From the IMG/VR virus record IMGVR_UViG_3300012940_001457, positions 1 through 39,860 of that record: a stretch of DNA of 39,860 nt, one strand, 5' to 3'. Both the position numbers and the translations under genes were made by a program. This document shows positions 26,174 to 35,525 of the stretch, piece by piece (position 1 is the stretch's first letter; every line of letters begins with the position of its first letter). This DNA is from a virus (Duplodnaviria > Caudoviricetes). The notes under the pieces were generated by a model, which searched no databases, was not told where the DNA came from, and saw only the letters and a list, made by a program, of their open reading frames with translations.

Positions 26174-26383
26174 TCAGACCAGCAACCAAGCGTGCGTTTC
26201 GAACCACCGCGCAGGACCGTCACCAACGCACAGGTACTTTGCGATCACAGGCACGACATTACCAAACGCGCGGGCCTTGGCCGGTGTCTTGGCGTATCCC
26301 ACCACATCGGTCTCACGGATGACGGGCAGATACCCCTTGCCGACACGGCGATCATCAATACGCCCGTATATTACGTGTTCCAT
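26174..26383 (-). CDS. Small hypothetical protein (moron-like)
   Basis: About 69 aa from MEHVIYGRID (alternative start 26425); locally AT-richer; has its own promoter candidate. Confidence 0.5.
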   Translation of the reverse strand: MEHVIYGRIDDRRVGKGYLPVIRETDVVGYAKTPAKARAFGNVVPVIAKYLCVGDGPARWFETHAWLLV

Positions 26384-26425
26384 TGTCTTCTCTAACTTGG
26401 ATTTGCCATCACTGATAATCGACAT

Positions 26426-26455
26426 AATATAGCGCCTTAAGTTAAGAGGTTGCAA
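26426..26455 (-). promoter_or_regulatory. Candidate sigma70 promoter with internal palindrome
   Basis: TTGCAA-N18-TATATT; the spacer contains the inverted repeat CTTAA-N-TTAAG. Confidence 0.45.
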
Positions 26456-26473
26456 AAATATGTGGGACTGCCA

Positions 26474-27106
26474 TCACGCCGCTCGCCCCGGTGACTTCCG
26501 GTTTCCCTGCAACCAGTCCACCATGACCTCCAGGCCGGCGACGGCATCGGCGAGCCGGAAGTCGCCCACCGTGAAATCGTGACAGGTCCCGGCGTCCTTC
26601 GGCCATTTGAAGTCCACACAGAGTTCGGTGGCCGCCTTGTGGGCTTTGGGTCCCGCCGCCTTCAGCGCCTCACGGAGCCCCGAGAATCGGCGCTCCAGAT
26701 AGGTCTCGCGGTCGTCCTGGCCGGTGAAGGTCGTGCGGCATCCGAAACTGCCCTCGACGCTGGCCGTCTTCGCCCACGGCTTGCCGATACAACGCCAATA
26801 GAGCCACGCGTAGTGCTCCGCCGCGTCAACCAGATATTTTTGCCTGGCGCTGGTCTCCGGGTCCGTGTCACCGGGCCTGTTGAACCAGCCTTGGGCGCGC
26901 AGCACCACCGCCGGCGACGACGCATCGTCGTAATTCGAAACCAATCCCACGATCTCTCCGTTCACCAGCCTGAGGGTGCGGCCCAGGGCCAGCGACTTGC
27001 GCACCCTCAATTCGAAACTCCCCACCTCGCGGCGATAGCCCCGTCCCGCCGCCGTGGTCTGTCGCCGTTTGGCGTTGATGTCCCTCTTGCGCCCCGATCT
27101 GGCCAT
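26474..27106 (-). CDS. Putative late transcription regulator (Q position; DUF6456-like)
   Basis: 210 aa; basic N-terminus MARSGRKR; AAEHYAWLYWR and LADAVAGLEVM helices; last early gene before the late terminator. Confidence 0.55.
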   Translation of the reverse strand: MARSGRKRDINAKRRQTTAAGRGYRREVGSFELRVRKSLALGRTLRLVNGEIVGLVSNYDDASSPAVVLRAQGWFNRPGDTDPETSARQKYLVDAAEHYAWLYWRCIGKPWAKTASVEGSFGCRTTFTGQDDRETYLERRFSGLREALKAAGPKAHKAATELCVDFKWPKDAGTCHDFTVGDFRLADAVAGLEVMVDWLQGNRKSPGRAA

Positions 27107-27149
27107 TCACTCACTCTCCATGGTTGTACATCTGTCATCAATATGCCGC

Positions 27150-28124
27150 CTATACCGCTCTGATACCCATCTCCGGTTGTATTTCCGCCCGGTCCGGCAT
27201 GAGTTCGGCCACCTCCTGGACCGACAGGAAGCATCCCGGCTCGCCGGGCGGCGGGCTCTTGGCGGAGAGACGCCACTCCCCGGTCTCGAACCAGCGCTGC
27301 AGGATGGGTTTCAGCGTTTCGGCGTAGTAGCCGCCATACCGCTTCGGCTCGCCCGGCCGCCGGGCCTTGCAGTCGCGGCGCACCGCCGTGTCGAAATAGC
27401 GCAGATCGCGGGGCGGGGTACGTTCCTGGCGGGTCGCCATCACCCGCTTGCAGACCCTGGCGATGTCGTCCGGGGCGAACCCTTCGGCCACCCAACCCTC
27501 GATGATGTCGGTTTGCTGCATGTGCCACCCCGGACTGACGATCCGCGTCTCGTCGATCCCGGCAATGGCGAACACCGCCTCGCGCACACGCGCGTGCGCA
27601 TCGGACGGTTCCCTGGATGGTTTATAGGATGGTTCGGGTGACAAATCCGACCGGGTTTTGGTCCGATTTGTCACCCCCTTCTGGTCCGATTTGTCACCCC
27701 CCTCCGGTGACAATTTGTCACCTTCGGTATTGTCGGGTGACAAATTGTCACCGGACATATTGTCACCATGTTCCCGATTTGACCCCTGCGGATGGCGGGG
27801 CGCGGATATCGCCTCCGACGACTGCGCGTCATCATCCGCATAGCGCAGCAACGGAGCCTCCTGCATGCCGGTGATGGTATAGCAATGGGTGCCCTTCGGC
27901 CCTCCGTTCTCCTCGATCTCGATTTCACCGAGTTCAGCCAGATTGCGGATAGCCCGCTTGACCTGGCGCTCCGACATATGTGCCTCCTCCGCCATGCCGG
28001 CGATGGACGGCCAGGCATTACGCCCATGCTTGTCGGCATGGTTGGCGATGGAAAGGAGGACCAGCCGGTCCCCCAGCCGCGCCTCGGAATTGTCGAAGAC
28101 ATAGCTCATGGCCTGCACACTCAC
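27150..28124 (-). CDS. Replication initiator protein (O-like) with N-terminal HTH
   Basis: RLVLLSIANHAD...AWPSIAGMAEEAHMSERQVKRAIRNL; internal iterons; C-terminal LRYFDTAV; adjacent to dnaB. Confidence 0.85.
   Translation of the reverse strand: MSVQAMSYVFDNSEARLGDRLVLLSIANHADKHGRNAWPSIAGMAEEAHMSERQVKRAIRNLAELGEIEIEENGGPKGTHCYTITGMQEAPLLRYADDDAQSSEAISAPRHPQGSNREHGDNMSGDNLSPDNTEGDKLSPEGGDKSDQKGVTNRTKTRSDLSPEPSYKPSREPSDAHARVREAVFAIAGIDETRIVSPGWHMQQTDIIEGWVAEGFAPDDIARVCKRVMATRQERTPPRDLRYFDTAVRRDCKARRPGEPKRYGGYYAETLKPILQRWFETGEWRLSAKSPPPGEPGCFLSVQEVAELMPDRAEIQPEMGIRAV
27637..27767. repeat. Iteron array, putative replication origin
   Basis: Eight TTGTCACC/GGTGACAA units, including two palindromes GGTGACAA-W-TTGTCACC (27706-27722, 27736-27752) and a 20-nt direct repeat TGGTCCGATTTGTCACCCCC x2. 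Confidence 0.85.
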
Positions 28125-28128
28125 GGTC

Positions 28129-29586
28129 TCACTCCCCCCTGAAACGGGTATATTGCTTGTCGAAGAACGCGGTCACCACGCCCGTGGGACCGCCCCGCTG
28201 CTTGGCGATGTTGATTTCCACCTGCCCCTCGCAGCGGTCCAGCTCCGCCCGCAGTGTCGCGGCATCCTCGCCCTCGGCATTGGCCAGTTCGCGCTCGAGG
28301 TAGTATTCGTGGCGATAGAGGAAGGCCACCACGTCGGCATCCTGTTCGATGGACCCGCTGTTTCGCAGGTCGGAGAGCATGGGGCGCTTGTTCTCGCGGG
28401 TCTCGCAGGCGCGGGACAATTGGGACAGCAGCACCACCGGGACATGCAGTTCCTTCGCCAGACGTTTGGCCGCAGCGGTGATGTGGCCGATCTTCGCCAC
28501 CTCGTTGTCGCGCTCGTTGGTGCCCTCGATGATATGCGCATGGTCGATGACGATGAGCCCGGTGCCCCGGCGCTTGCGGTCGGTGCGCGCCCGTGCCGCG
28601 ATGTCCTCGATGGTGCATCCGGCGCGCTCATCGATGCTGATGGGCAGTTCGGCGAGCTGTTGAGCGGTCTTCGCCAGGCGGCGCCATTCATGCTCCTTGA
28701 GCGCCCCCCGGTGCAGCATGGTCTGAGACTTGATCTCGGTGTACATGGACAGCACCCGCATCGCCGTCTCATCGTCGCCCATCTCCAGTGAGTAGAACAT
28801 GCTGGGCCGGCCGGGCAGCGTCACGGTTTCCAGTCCGTCCTCACCCGGCACCTGGCGGTCGTGCGCCGTGGCCAGCATCATCTTCACGGCCAGCGCCGAT
28901 TTGCCCATGGACGGACGCGCGGCCAGGATATAGAGCTTGCCGGGCCAGAGCCCGCCCTGCAGGATACTGTCCAGCTTGGGCAGGCCGGTCGGGCAGAGAT
29001 CGATCTCGCCCCGTTGAGCCTGCTCGATCAGTTTCATGGCCTTGACCATCGATTCCGCGAAGGTCGAGGCGTTGCGCGCCTCCGGCATGTCCAGCTCCGC
29101 CAGCCGCGCCTGATGGGCGGAGAGGATATCGGCCAGCGTGTCCTTCATGTCGAACGTCACGGCCCGCTCGATGAGGTCCAGGCCCGCCCTGATGGCGGCC
29201 CGGCGGCGTGCCAGTTCGGCGATGGCGTCGGCATAATCGACGGCATGCAGCACCGTGACGGCGGCCAGGGTCAGACGGGCCAGATACTGCCCGCCACCCA
29301 CCTGCTTCAGCGCCTCGTCGTCCGGGAAGAAGTTGCGGACCGTCACCGGCGACGCCACCTTGCCGTCGTCGATCAGGTGCCGGCAGGTCTCATAGATGCG
29401 GGCGTGCAGCTCCTCGTAGAAATGCTCGGGCTTCAGGATGTCGCGGATGCGGACCAGCGCCTCGTTGTTCACCATGATGGCACCGAGGAGCGCCTGCTCC
29501 ATTTCCAGGTTGTGCGGCAGGGGCCGGTCCCTCAGCCCTCCATCGCGCGGGATGAGATAATCAGTCCGCTCAGGCCGCATCGTCAT
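28129..29586 (-). CDS. dnaB: Replicative DNA helicase
   Basis: LPHNLEMEQALLGA, ARPSMGKS, YSLEM, LSQLSR, RPMLSDLRNSGSIEQDAD, KQRGGPTG. Confidence 0.95.
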   Translation of the reverse strand: MTMRPERTDYLIPRDGGLRDRPLPHNLEMEQALLGAIMVNNEALVRIRDILKPEHFYEELHARIYETCRHLIDDGKVASPVTVRNFFPDDEALKQVGGGQYLARLTLAAVTVLHAVDYADAIAELARRRAAIRAGLDLIERAVTFDMKDTLADILSAHQARLAELDMPEARNASTFAESMVKAMKLIEQAQRGEIDLCPTGLPKLDSILQGGLWPGKLYILAARPSMGKSALAVKMMLATAHDRQVPGEDGLETVTLPGRPSMFYSLEMGDDETAMRVLSMYTEIKSQTMLHRGALKEHEWRRLAKTAQQLAELPISIDERAGCTIEDIAARARTDRKRRGTGLIVIDHAHIIEGTNERDNEVAKIGHITAAAKRLAKELHVPVVLLSQLSRACETRENKRPMLSDLRNSGSIEQDADVVAFLYRHEYYLERELANAEGEDAATLRAELDRCEGQVEINIAKQRGGPTGVVTAFFDKQYTRFRGE

Positions 29587-29893
29587 CACCGCCATCGAAA
29601 GGAGAGGAGGCCCCATTGCCGTCTGCGTCCGTATACGCCTCGCCACAGTTGCGCATCGCCGGCGGATACGACAGGGGACCGGATGGGGCGGCCTGCATGC
29701 GCACCAGCTTGGCGAAGGCGTCCAGCGCCGCCTGTTCGTTTTCGGGCGTCGGATCCCGGTACCAGCGGCTCCGTAGCCGGGCATGGCGCTCCCGCGCCTC
29801 CTCCAGCGCCTCCGGTGTCACCTGGATGACAACCTGGCGCCATGGCCCCGTCACCCGGTTGGCGAAGCGCGACAATTCGATCACCTCACCCAT
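29570..29893 (-). CDS. Hypothetical protein
   Basis: 107 aa; overlaps both neighbours; RBS GGAGGG. Confidence 0.6.
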   Translation of the reverse strand: MGEVIELSRFANRVTGPWRQVVIQVTPEALEEARERHARLRSRWYRDPTPENEQAALDAFAKLVRMQAAPSGPLSYPPAMRNCGEAYTDADGNGASSPFDGGDDDAA

Positions 29894-30251
29894 GCTTGCC
29901 CTCCATGTCTTCCACGATGCGGACCGGACGGGACAGCCGCCAGCCCGATCCCGTTACGGTCATGATGTCAAGTCCCACCGGCCTCAGCTTTGGACGGATA
30001 TTGCTCAGCCGCACATAGAGGATGTTGCTGTCCGGCCCACCGTCGGGCCGCAGACCATATACGGCGGTGAACAGTTGGCGGAGATTGAGCGGCAGGGGCG
30101 CCGCCTTGGCGAGCACACCAAGGATGACCATCTCTCCCGGCGTCAACCGCACCTTGCGCCCCGCACCCAGAACCACACAAAGGCGCGGGATGATGACGAT
30201 GCCGGTCTCCTCCAGGATCGATCCGCCGCACACAGGGCAATTGACGGTCAT
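29886..30251 (-). CDS. Stand-alone OmpR/CtrA-type winged-helix protein with N-terminal CxxC
   Basis: MTVNCPVCG...LTPGEMVILGVL...VYG...NILYVRLSNIRPKL...IMTVTGSGWRL; no receiver domain; ATGA coupling. Confidence 0.8.
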   Translation of the reverse strand: MTVNCPVCGGSILEETGIVIIPRLCVVLGAGRKVRLTPGEMVILGVLAKAAPLPLNLRQLFTAVYGLRPDGGPDSNILYVRLSNIRPKLRPVGLDIMTVTGSGWRLSRPVRIVEDMEGKHG

Positions 30252-31480
30252 CGCCCACCTCCAATCAGCAACGGCTGCACCGTGCCGTCTGAAAACACCA
30301 AGTCGAGGGGCGTATCCGCCCGCGGCTCGGTGCCGTCCCAGCCCTCCGGCCATGTCCCGGCGGCGATGAGATATCGAATCCGGGCCTCCTCCTCCGCATC
30401 CAGCATGTCGATCTCCGGCCGGCCGGACGCATGCGCCTTGGCGTTGACGTCTTCCTGGATGGTCAGGATCTGGTCCAGCGCCCATTGCCGCGCCTCGAAG
30501 GTCAACGGGCCCATGCGTTGAGGATTGGCCGCCATGCTGCCGTCCTTCAGCCGCTCCGCGCCCGCCTTGCGCAGCCTGTTCCGGGGCAGCCGCAGTTCGC
30601 GATAGATCGGTTTGAGGCGTTTCAGGGGTGCCAGATACGACCATGCCGGGTTATCGATAATGGCATCCAGCGCCAAGTCCTTCTGCGCGAGAGGGCAACC
30701 GACGCAGCCGGTCCGTGCGTTGATCTCCTCGGCTTCGTCACCGCCATAGGCATCGGCGATGGGCTGGGTATCCCACGCGCCATACTCGGGGAGCGGGGCG
30801 TAATATTTCAGCCAATCCCAGATGAGGCAGACGCGCCAGTGCAGGAGCGGTGCCAGTGTGGCGACACGGCCCCGAACGCCCTTCGCGGTGGGCAGGACCT
30901 GCTGATACCACCCTTGTCCGCATTCCGCGCCGTCCTTCGAACAGCTCATCTCGATCCGGCGGTCGCGGATGGCGGATTCACCTTGGCGGACGCCTGTGAT
31001 CATCAGTACCGAGCCGCCCAGTTCATCCAGGCGCCGCTCTATGGCCGCCGTCATGGGGTCGACCTTGATCTGGCGGGTGCACCACCGCAGTGTGTTGTTG
31101 TTCGGCGGAGGGACCCCTCGCCCGAGGATATAGACGAAGAACCGCTTATCGAGCGGTGCCCGCACCACTTCGACGGTGATTCCGCAGTCTCTCAGGCGAT
31201 CCATGATGCCGAGCGCGGCTATGGCGAGCGGTGGCAACTCCATTCGCGTATCGGCATAGAACACGGTCAGCGACTTCGGCGCGGGAATGTCGCCGCTGCG
31301 GATCAACGCGATCAGCAGTGTCAGGGTCGCCGTGCTGTCCTTTCCGCCCGACCATGCGATGGCCCAATGGTCATGGTCCGCGCCATAGGCCTGGAGCGAC
31401 TGGACCGTGAGTTCCATGGCTTCGCCGACTTCCATGCGGGGTGAGCCTGAGAACAGGTCAGGTTGCAGCCTCGTCTTCAT
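30248..31480 (-). CDS. PAPS-reductase family protein, DndC-like
   Basis: 410 aa; WSGGKDST PP-loop, YADTRME, RWCTRQIKVDPM, GVRQGES, RTGCVGC, GPLTFEAR. Confidence 0.88.
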   Translation of the reverse strand: MKTRLQPDLFSGSPRMEVGEAMELTVQSLQAYGADHDHWAIAWSGGKDSTATLTLLIALIRSGDIPAPKSLTVFYADTRMELPPLAIAALGIMDRLRDCGITVEVVRAPLDKRFFVYILGRGVPPPNNNTLRWCTRQIKVDPMTAAIERRLDELGGSVLMITGVRQGESAIRDRRIEMSCSKDGAECGQGWYQQVLPTAKGVRGRVATLAPLLHWRVCLIWDWLKYYAPLPEYGAWDTQPIADAYGGDEAEEINARTGCVGCPLAQKDLALDAIIDNPAWSYLAPLKRLKPIYRELRLPRNRLRKAGAERLKDGSMAANPQRMGPLTFEARQWALDQILTIQEDVNAKAHASGRPEIDMLDAEEEARIRYLIAAGTWPEGWDGTEPRADTPLDLVFSDGTVQPLLIGGGR

Positions 31481-32028
31481 GCCACCACCTCGCCGCGGCT
31501 GGCCCGACGAGCGATCCGGTCGAACTGATCCCGCGGCATCTGCGCGACGAAGCGCGTCTCCACCTCTACTTCGCGGAACAGATACCAGGCGCAATTGTCC
31601 TTGCCGGCGTGTGGACTGTCCGGCACCCACTTCACGCGGCCCACGGCTACGAAGCGCTCGCAGAACTCCATGTAGGGGATCGCCTGCTTGGTGAAGGCCC
31701 AATCGGCATCGATGAGCATCCAGGTGGGCCGCAGCTGGCGGAGGTGATCGATCAGCGGATGGAGCAGGGACCGCTCCCATGGCGGATTGGTGATGATGCG
31801 GTCGGATGGTGTGTCCCTCATCTTCAGCGCATCGAAGCCGTCCCGGATATCGGTGGCATTACCGCAAGTCAGCCCGAACGCTTCAAGGTGGCGCACCAGG
31901 TCCATTTCGCCGCAGCAGGGTTCATCGAACTCCATGCTGTCCAGGTGCGGGATGAGCGGCACAACCGCCTCGAACGGGGTGCGCCAGAAGTTCTTGTCTG
32001 TATGCTGGAAACTGGACCTCTTGCCCAT
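31477..32028 (-). CDS. Small SAM-dependent DNA amino (N6-adenine) methyltransferase
   Basis: FWRTP, EPCCGEMDL (motif I), IITNPPW (motif IV). Confidence 0.78.
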   Translation of the reverse strand: MGKRSSFQHTDKNFWRTPFEAVVPLIPHLDSMEFDEPCCGEMDLVRHLEAFGLTCGNATDIRDGFDALKMRDTPSDRIITNPPWERSLLHPLIDHLRQLRPTWMLIDADWAFTKQAIPYMEFCERFVAVGRVKWVPDSPHAGKDNCAWYLFREVEVETRFVAQMPRDQFDRIARRASRGEVVA

Positions 32029-35000
32029 TATTCCGCCGCCTCCTGCCCGCCCTGGTCCAGCGCATCGAGGTCAAACAGCGACGGCACGGCCATTTCCCGC
32101 TCCGCGGCCTCGCAGTAGCGCAGGCCGTCGCGGAAATAGCTTTCCGAGAGTTCCGATGCCTGCCCGTGACGTCCCTTCAGGATTGCCCGGTATGGCACGG
32201 TCATCAGGCCGCCGAACGGGTCGTAGACCAGCTCTCCCGGATTGGAGTAGCGGACGATCAGCCTGTCCACGATATCGAACTGCAGAGGGCAGTTCTTGAC
32301 GATGCATCCTTCGGCCGTAAAGCTCTCATCTTCCTCGACGCGCAAGCACCACGTTTCCGCCTCACCGGCAGGATCAGCACTACGAACCTTCTTCCAGGCT
32401 CCATCATCAAGGATGAATTGCCCTTTCCGCCGGTCGCGGGGGATGTCGAAGGATAAAACCCATTCCTGCCGGGTGTTCACTTGGCGCCCGTCGATTTCCG
32501 TGATGCCCGCCGCCCGGCCGGCATGCAGGCTCGGCACCGCGCTGTAGACACGCTGCACCAACATCGCCATGCCAAGTAAAAGAGGTCTGGATACACTGGT
32601 GGCCATCCAGCGGCCACGGTCTTCCAGAAAATGGCCGTCGCCGGACAGGTAGCCATCCAGAACAGATCGAGCGAGGTGCGCTGGCAGGCAAAGTAAATCT
32701 GCCGGAACCTGCTTATCACCGGCCCCATGGCCACACCGCTGCAAGGCCTCTATCAATTCGCGGCTGAGACCCTTGAGCCGAATTTGCATGGCAGTGCGCT
32801 CCGCCCGGGTGCCTGCATGCGGACCCGCCATCCTCTCGAACTCGGCCAATTTCTCATGGCCAATACTCACATGGAAATCGCCGCGCGTTCCGACATGGCC
32901 GTCCGCCAGCCATCGGCCCAACAACCAGCATTCACGGCGGGTCAGAGACCCCGCCTCGACGGGCGGAAGCTTCTGATTGACATAGCCGCCCACCGTCTCA
33001 TCAGCGCGAATCCATTTCGGTTCGACCTGGACGGCACCATCACGCGCCCTCACCCAACCGGACTTACGGGTCCATAGCTTGTGATCCGGCGTCAGTGTCA
33101 GGGCCGCCACACCTTGAGCCCGCAAATCGACCACGGGCCGGACACCAGTGTTCGCGACCACGTGCACCGGGCGCCACCGGCCCAGGTGCGTCAACACCAT
33201 GTCTCCCACCTGCACGTCCTGGATAGGCACATAGCCGCGGCGGGTGAGAACGAGGGAGCCGCGCGCCAGGCAGACATGCTGCTCAACGTTCCGCTTGGAC
33301 TGGTCGCCGTTGAGCGTCCGCATCCGGTTCACGTCGTGCCAGACGTCCGGGTGATGCGAGCCCGGCGCAAGGCTCATAAACGAGGATGGCAGCGCCCCCC
33401 TCGCCTCCAGGCCCTCGCCGATGGCGACATGCTGTTCGTAGTCGTAGACCTGCTCCAGGCTCATGGCGGTGAAGAGCCGGGCCAGTTTGTCAGGGCCCAG
33501 GGACGCCAGTTCCTCGACCGTGGGCAGGCGGTTGCCGCTGGAACGCCAGAACGCATGGGCGTCGACCTGCCAGCGGGCACGCGTATAGTCCGCCTTATCC
33601 TTCACCACAGGCTCGTCGGCATAGCCGCGGCTGCGGTCGCTCTGCGGCTTCCTGAACAGGCAGATGTATTCGGGCGAGCCAACGCCCATCTTCGTGCCGT
33701 CCTTGCAGTTCTCCGACCAGCCCAGCCGATAGGTCTGGTTGTTCTCGCGCACCACATCGGTGACGACGGTAATCATGCCCATGTAGTCGAAGCCGTGGCG
33801 CCGATAGTGGAAGATGGTCTCGGCATGGAAGGGCGAGACGGTGGGGGCGCCGGCGCCGGTCACATTGCCGAACAGGATCCGGTCCTTCACATGGATGCAG
33901 GCCAACCGGCCGGGCTTCAGGATGCGCAGCAGCTCCGGCGTCAGATAATCCATCTGGGCCCAGAACTGGTCATTGTCCTCGGTATGCCCGAAATCATTGT
34001 AGCTCGGGGTATATTCGTAATGATTGCTGAAGGGGATCGACGTGACGATCAGGTCGACATGGTTCTCGGGCTGCCGGCGCGCCTCGTCCACACAATCATT
34101 GCGCGCGATGGTGAAGTGCTCGCCCCCGGCCTCGATGCGCTCCACGCCGATGCTGCGCTTCAGGCTCTCTGCCATCGGGATATGATTGAGACCATACTCG
34201 CGGATGATACCGCGCATTGTCTCCATCATCTCCTCGTGCTGCTTCCACTTGGCCATCAGGCTGGCCAGCACCTCGCGCTCGGCCTCCGAATAGATGATGT
34301 GGATCGTGCAGGGGTGCGGCTGGCCGAATCGCTGGATGCGGTGCACCGATTGGATGAAGTCATTGAACTTGAAGCCGATGCCGAGATAGATGGCCTTGTG
34401 GCAGTGGCGCTGGAAGTTGCCGCCGGAACCGCACATCACCGGCTTGGCCGGTAGGTATTGCTCTTCGCCGTCCGAGAACGCGACCAACCGGGCTTCCGCA
34501 TCATCCTGATCGAGCGCGCCATAGACCGACTTCACGTTGGGCAATTCAGCCTCGATGGCATGGCGCTCGGCCTCGAGGTCGTGCCACAGGATGTAATGGC
34601 CCTCCGGATCCTCGGCGAGGATATCGCGCATTTTCGCCACGCGCGCCGGCAGGCTCTCCCGCTTCTCCGCCGCCGCCTGGGTGACACCGAGGGCGGCGTT
34701 CTTGAACATCAGAGCCTGGCCGTCCTTCTCGGTGCCTGCGGCGGCATGGTTGGTGGGCACCTCGTGGTACACCACCTCGAGGGGCGGCAGGTCATAGCCT
34801 TCGTCCGAGAAGCCGAGGTCCGAAGGCCGTTGCACGAACACCGCCCAGCTATGGACCCACAACCAGAACTCTTTTTCCTTGTGCTCGTAGAGCGTCAGGT
34901 TGCCGGCCTTCTCGCTGTCGCGCTTGAAGAAGCGGGTCAGCGCCTGCCCGGTATCCATGACGCCGAGGAAGCCGGCATAGTGGATCAACTCCTTGGTGCG

Positions 35001-35525
35001 GTTCGGGCTTGGCGTGGCAGTTGCGACGAACCTGTACTTCACCCGGTCGAACAGGCGCAGGAACTCCTGATATGTCTTCGAGCCGAACGAGCGCAGCACC
35101 GACGCCTCGTCGAGGCTGGCCGCCACAAACAGGTTGGGGTCCAGCTTGCCGTCGCGCACCGTCTCGTAATTGGTGAGGTGGATCACACCGGCCGTGATCT
35201 CGTCAGCGGAGCGGATGAACTTCACCGCCACACCCAGCGCCGCGGCGTCGCGCTTGAACTCCTGGCGCACGCCGAGCGGCAGGACGATCAGCACCGGCCC
35301 CTCTTCCCGCATCATGATGAGGCGCATCAGCTCCAGCTGCAGCCGTGTCTTGTGCAGCCCGAAGTTCAGGAAGAGCGCGCGCCGGCCACCCTTCAGCGCC
35401 CAGGGCACGATGGCCCGGATATGCGGCTTGAGGATCGGTTCCGGGGTGATCTGGCCTTCGGACACATCAAAGCCGGCGAACTCTGCCAGTTTGATTTTGC
35501 TTTCCAGGAATGCCTGATAGGTCAT
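32028..35525 (-). CDS. SNF2-like helicase / N4-N6 DNA methyltransferase fusion containing an intein
   Basis: 1165 aa from MTYQAFLESK. Helicase motifs FGLHKT, LDEAS, TATPSPN, QSVHRIQRFGQ. MTase motifs VTSIPF and YDPFGG. Confidence 0.9.
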   Translation of the reverse strand: MTYQAFLESKIKLAEFAGFDVSEGQITPEPILKPHIRAIVPWALKGGRRALFLNFGLHKTRLQLELMRLIMMREEGPVLIVLPLGVRQEFKRDAAALGVAVKFIRSADEITAGVIHLTNYETVRDGKLDPNLFVAASLDEASVLRSFGSKTYQEFLRLFDRVKYRFVATATPSPNRTKELIHYAGFLGVMDTGQALTRFFKRDSEKAGNLTLYEHKEKEFWLWVHSWAVFVQRPSDLGFSDEGYDLPPLEVVYHEVPTNHAAAGTEKDGQALMFKNAALGVTQAAAEKRESLPARVAKMRDILAEDPEGHYILWHDLEAERHAIEAELPNVKSVYGALDQDDAEARLVAFSDGEEQYLPAKPVMCGSGGNFQRHCHKAIYLGIGFKFNDFIQSVHRIQRFGQPHPCTIHIIYSEAEREVLASLMAKWKQHEEMMETMRGIIREYGLNHIPMAESLKRSIGVERIEAGGEHFTIARNDCVDEARRQPENHVDLIVTSIPFSNHYEYTPSYNDFGHTEDNDQFWAQMDYLTPELLRILKPGRLACIHVKDRILFGNVTGAGAPTVSPFHAETIFHYRRHGFDYMGMITVVTDVVRENNQTYRLGWSENCKDGTKMGVGSPEYICLFRKPQSDRSRGYADEPVVKDKADYTRARWQVDAHAFWRSSGNRLPTVEELASLGPDKLARLFTAMSLEQVYDYEQHVAIGEGLEARGALPSSFMSLAPGSHHPDVWHDVNRMRTLNGDQSKRNVEQHVCLARGSLVLTRRGYVPIQDVQVGDMVLTHLGRWRPVHVVANTGVRPVVDLRAQGVAALTLTPDHKLWTRKSGWVRARDGAVQVEPKWIRADETVGGYVNQKLPPVEAGSLTRRECWLLGRWLADGHVGTRGDFHVSIGHEKLAEFERMAGPHAGTRAERTAMQIRLKGLSRELIEALQRCGHGAGDKQVPADLLCLPAHLARSVLDGYLSGDGHFLEDRGRWMATSVSRPLLLGMAMLVQRVYSAVPSLHAGRAAGITEIDGRQVNTRQEWVLSFDIPRDRRKGQFILDDGAWKKVRSADPAGEAETWCLRVEEDESFTAEGCIVKNCPLQFDIVDRLIVRYSNPGELVYDPFGGLMTVPYRAILKGRHGQASELSESYFRDGLRYCEAAEREMAVPSLFDLDALDQGGQEAAE
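32292..33272 (-). mobile_element. Intein (327 aa) with LAGLIDADG homing endonuclease
   Basis: EQHV|CLARGSLV...LTLTPDHKL...LLGRWLADG...LDGYLSGDG...TWCLRVEEDESFTAEGCIVKN|CPLQ; removal restores HVCPLQ. Confidence 0.93.
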
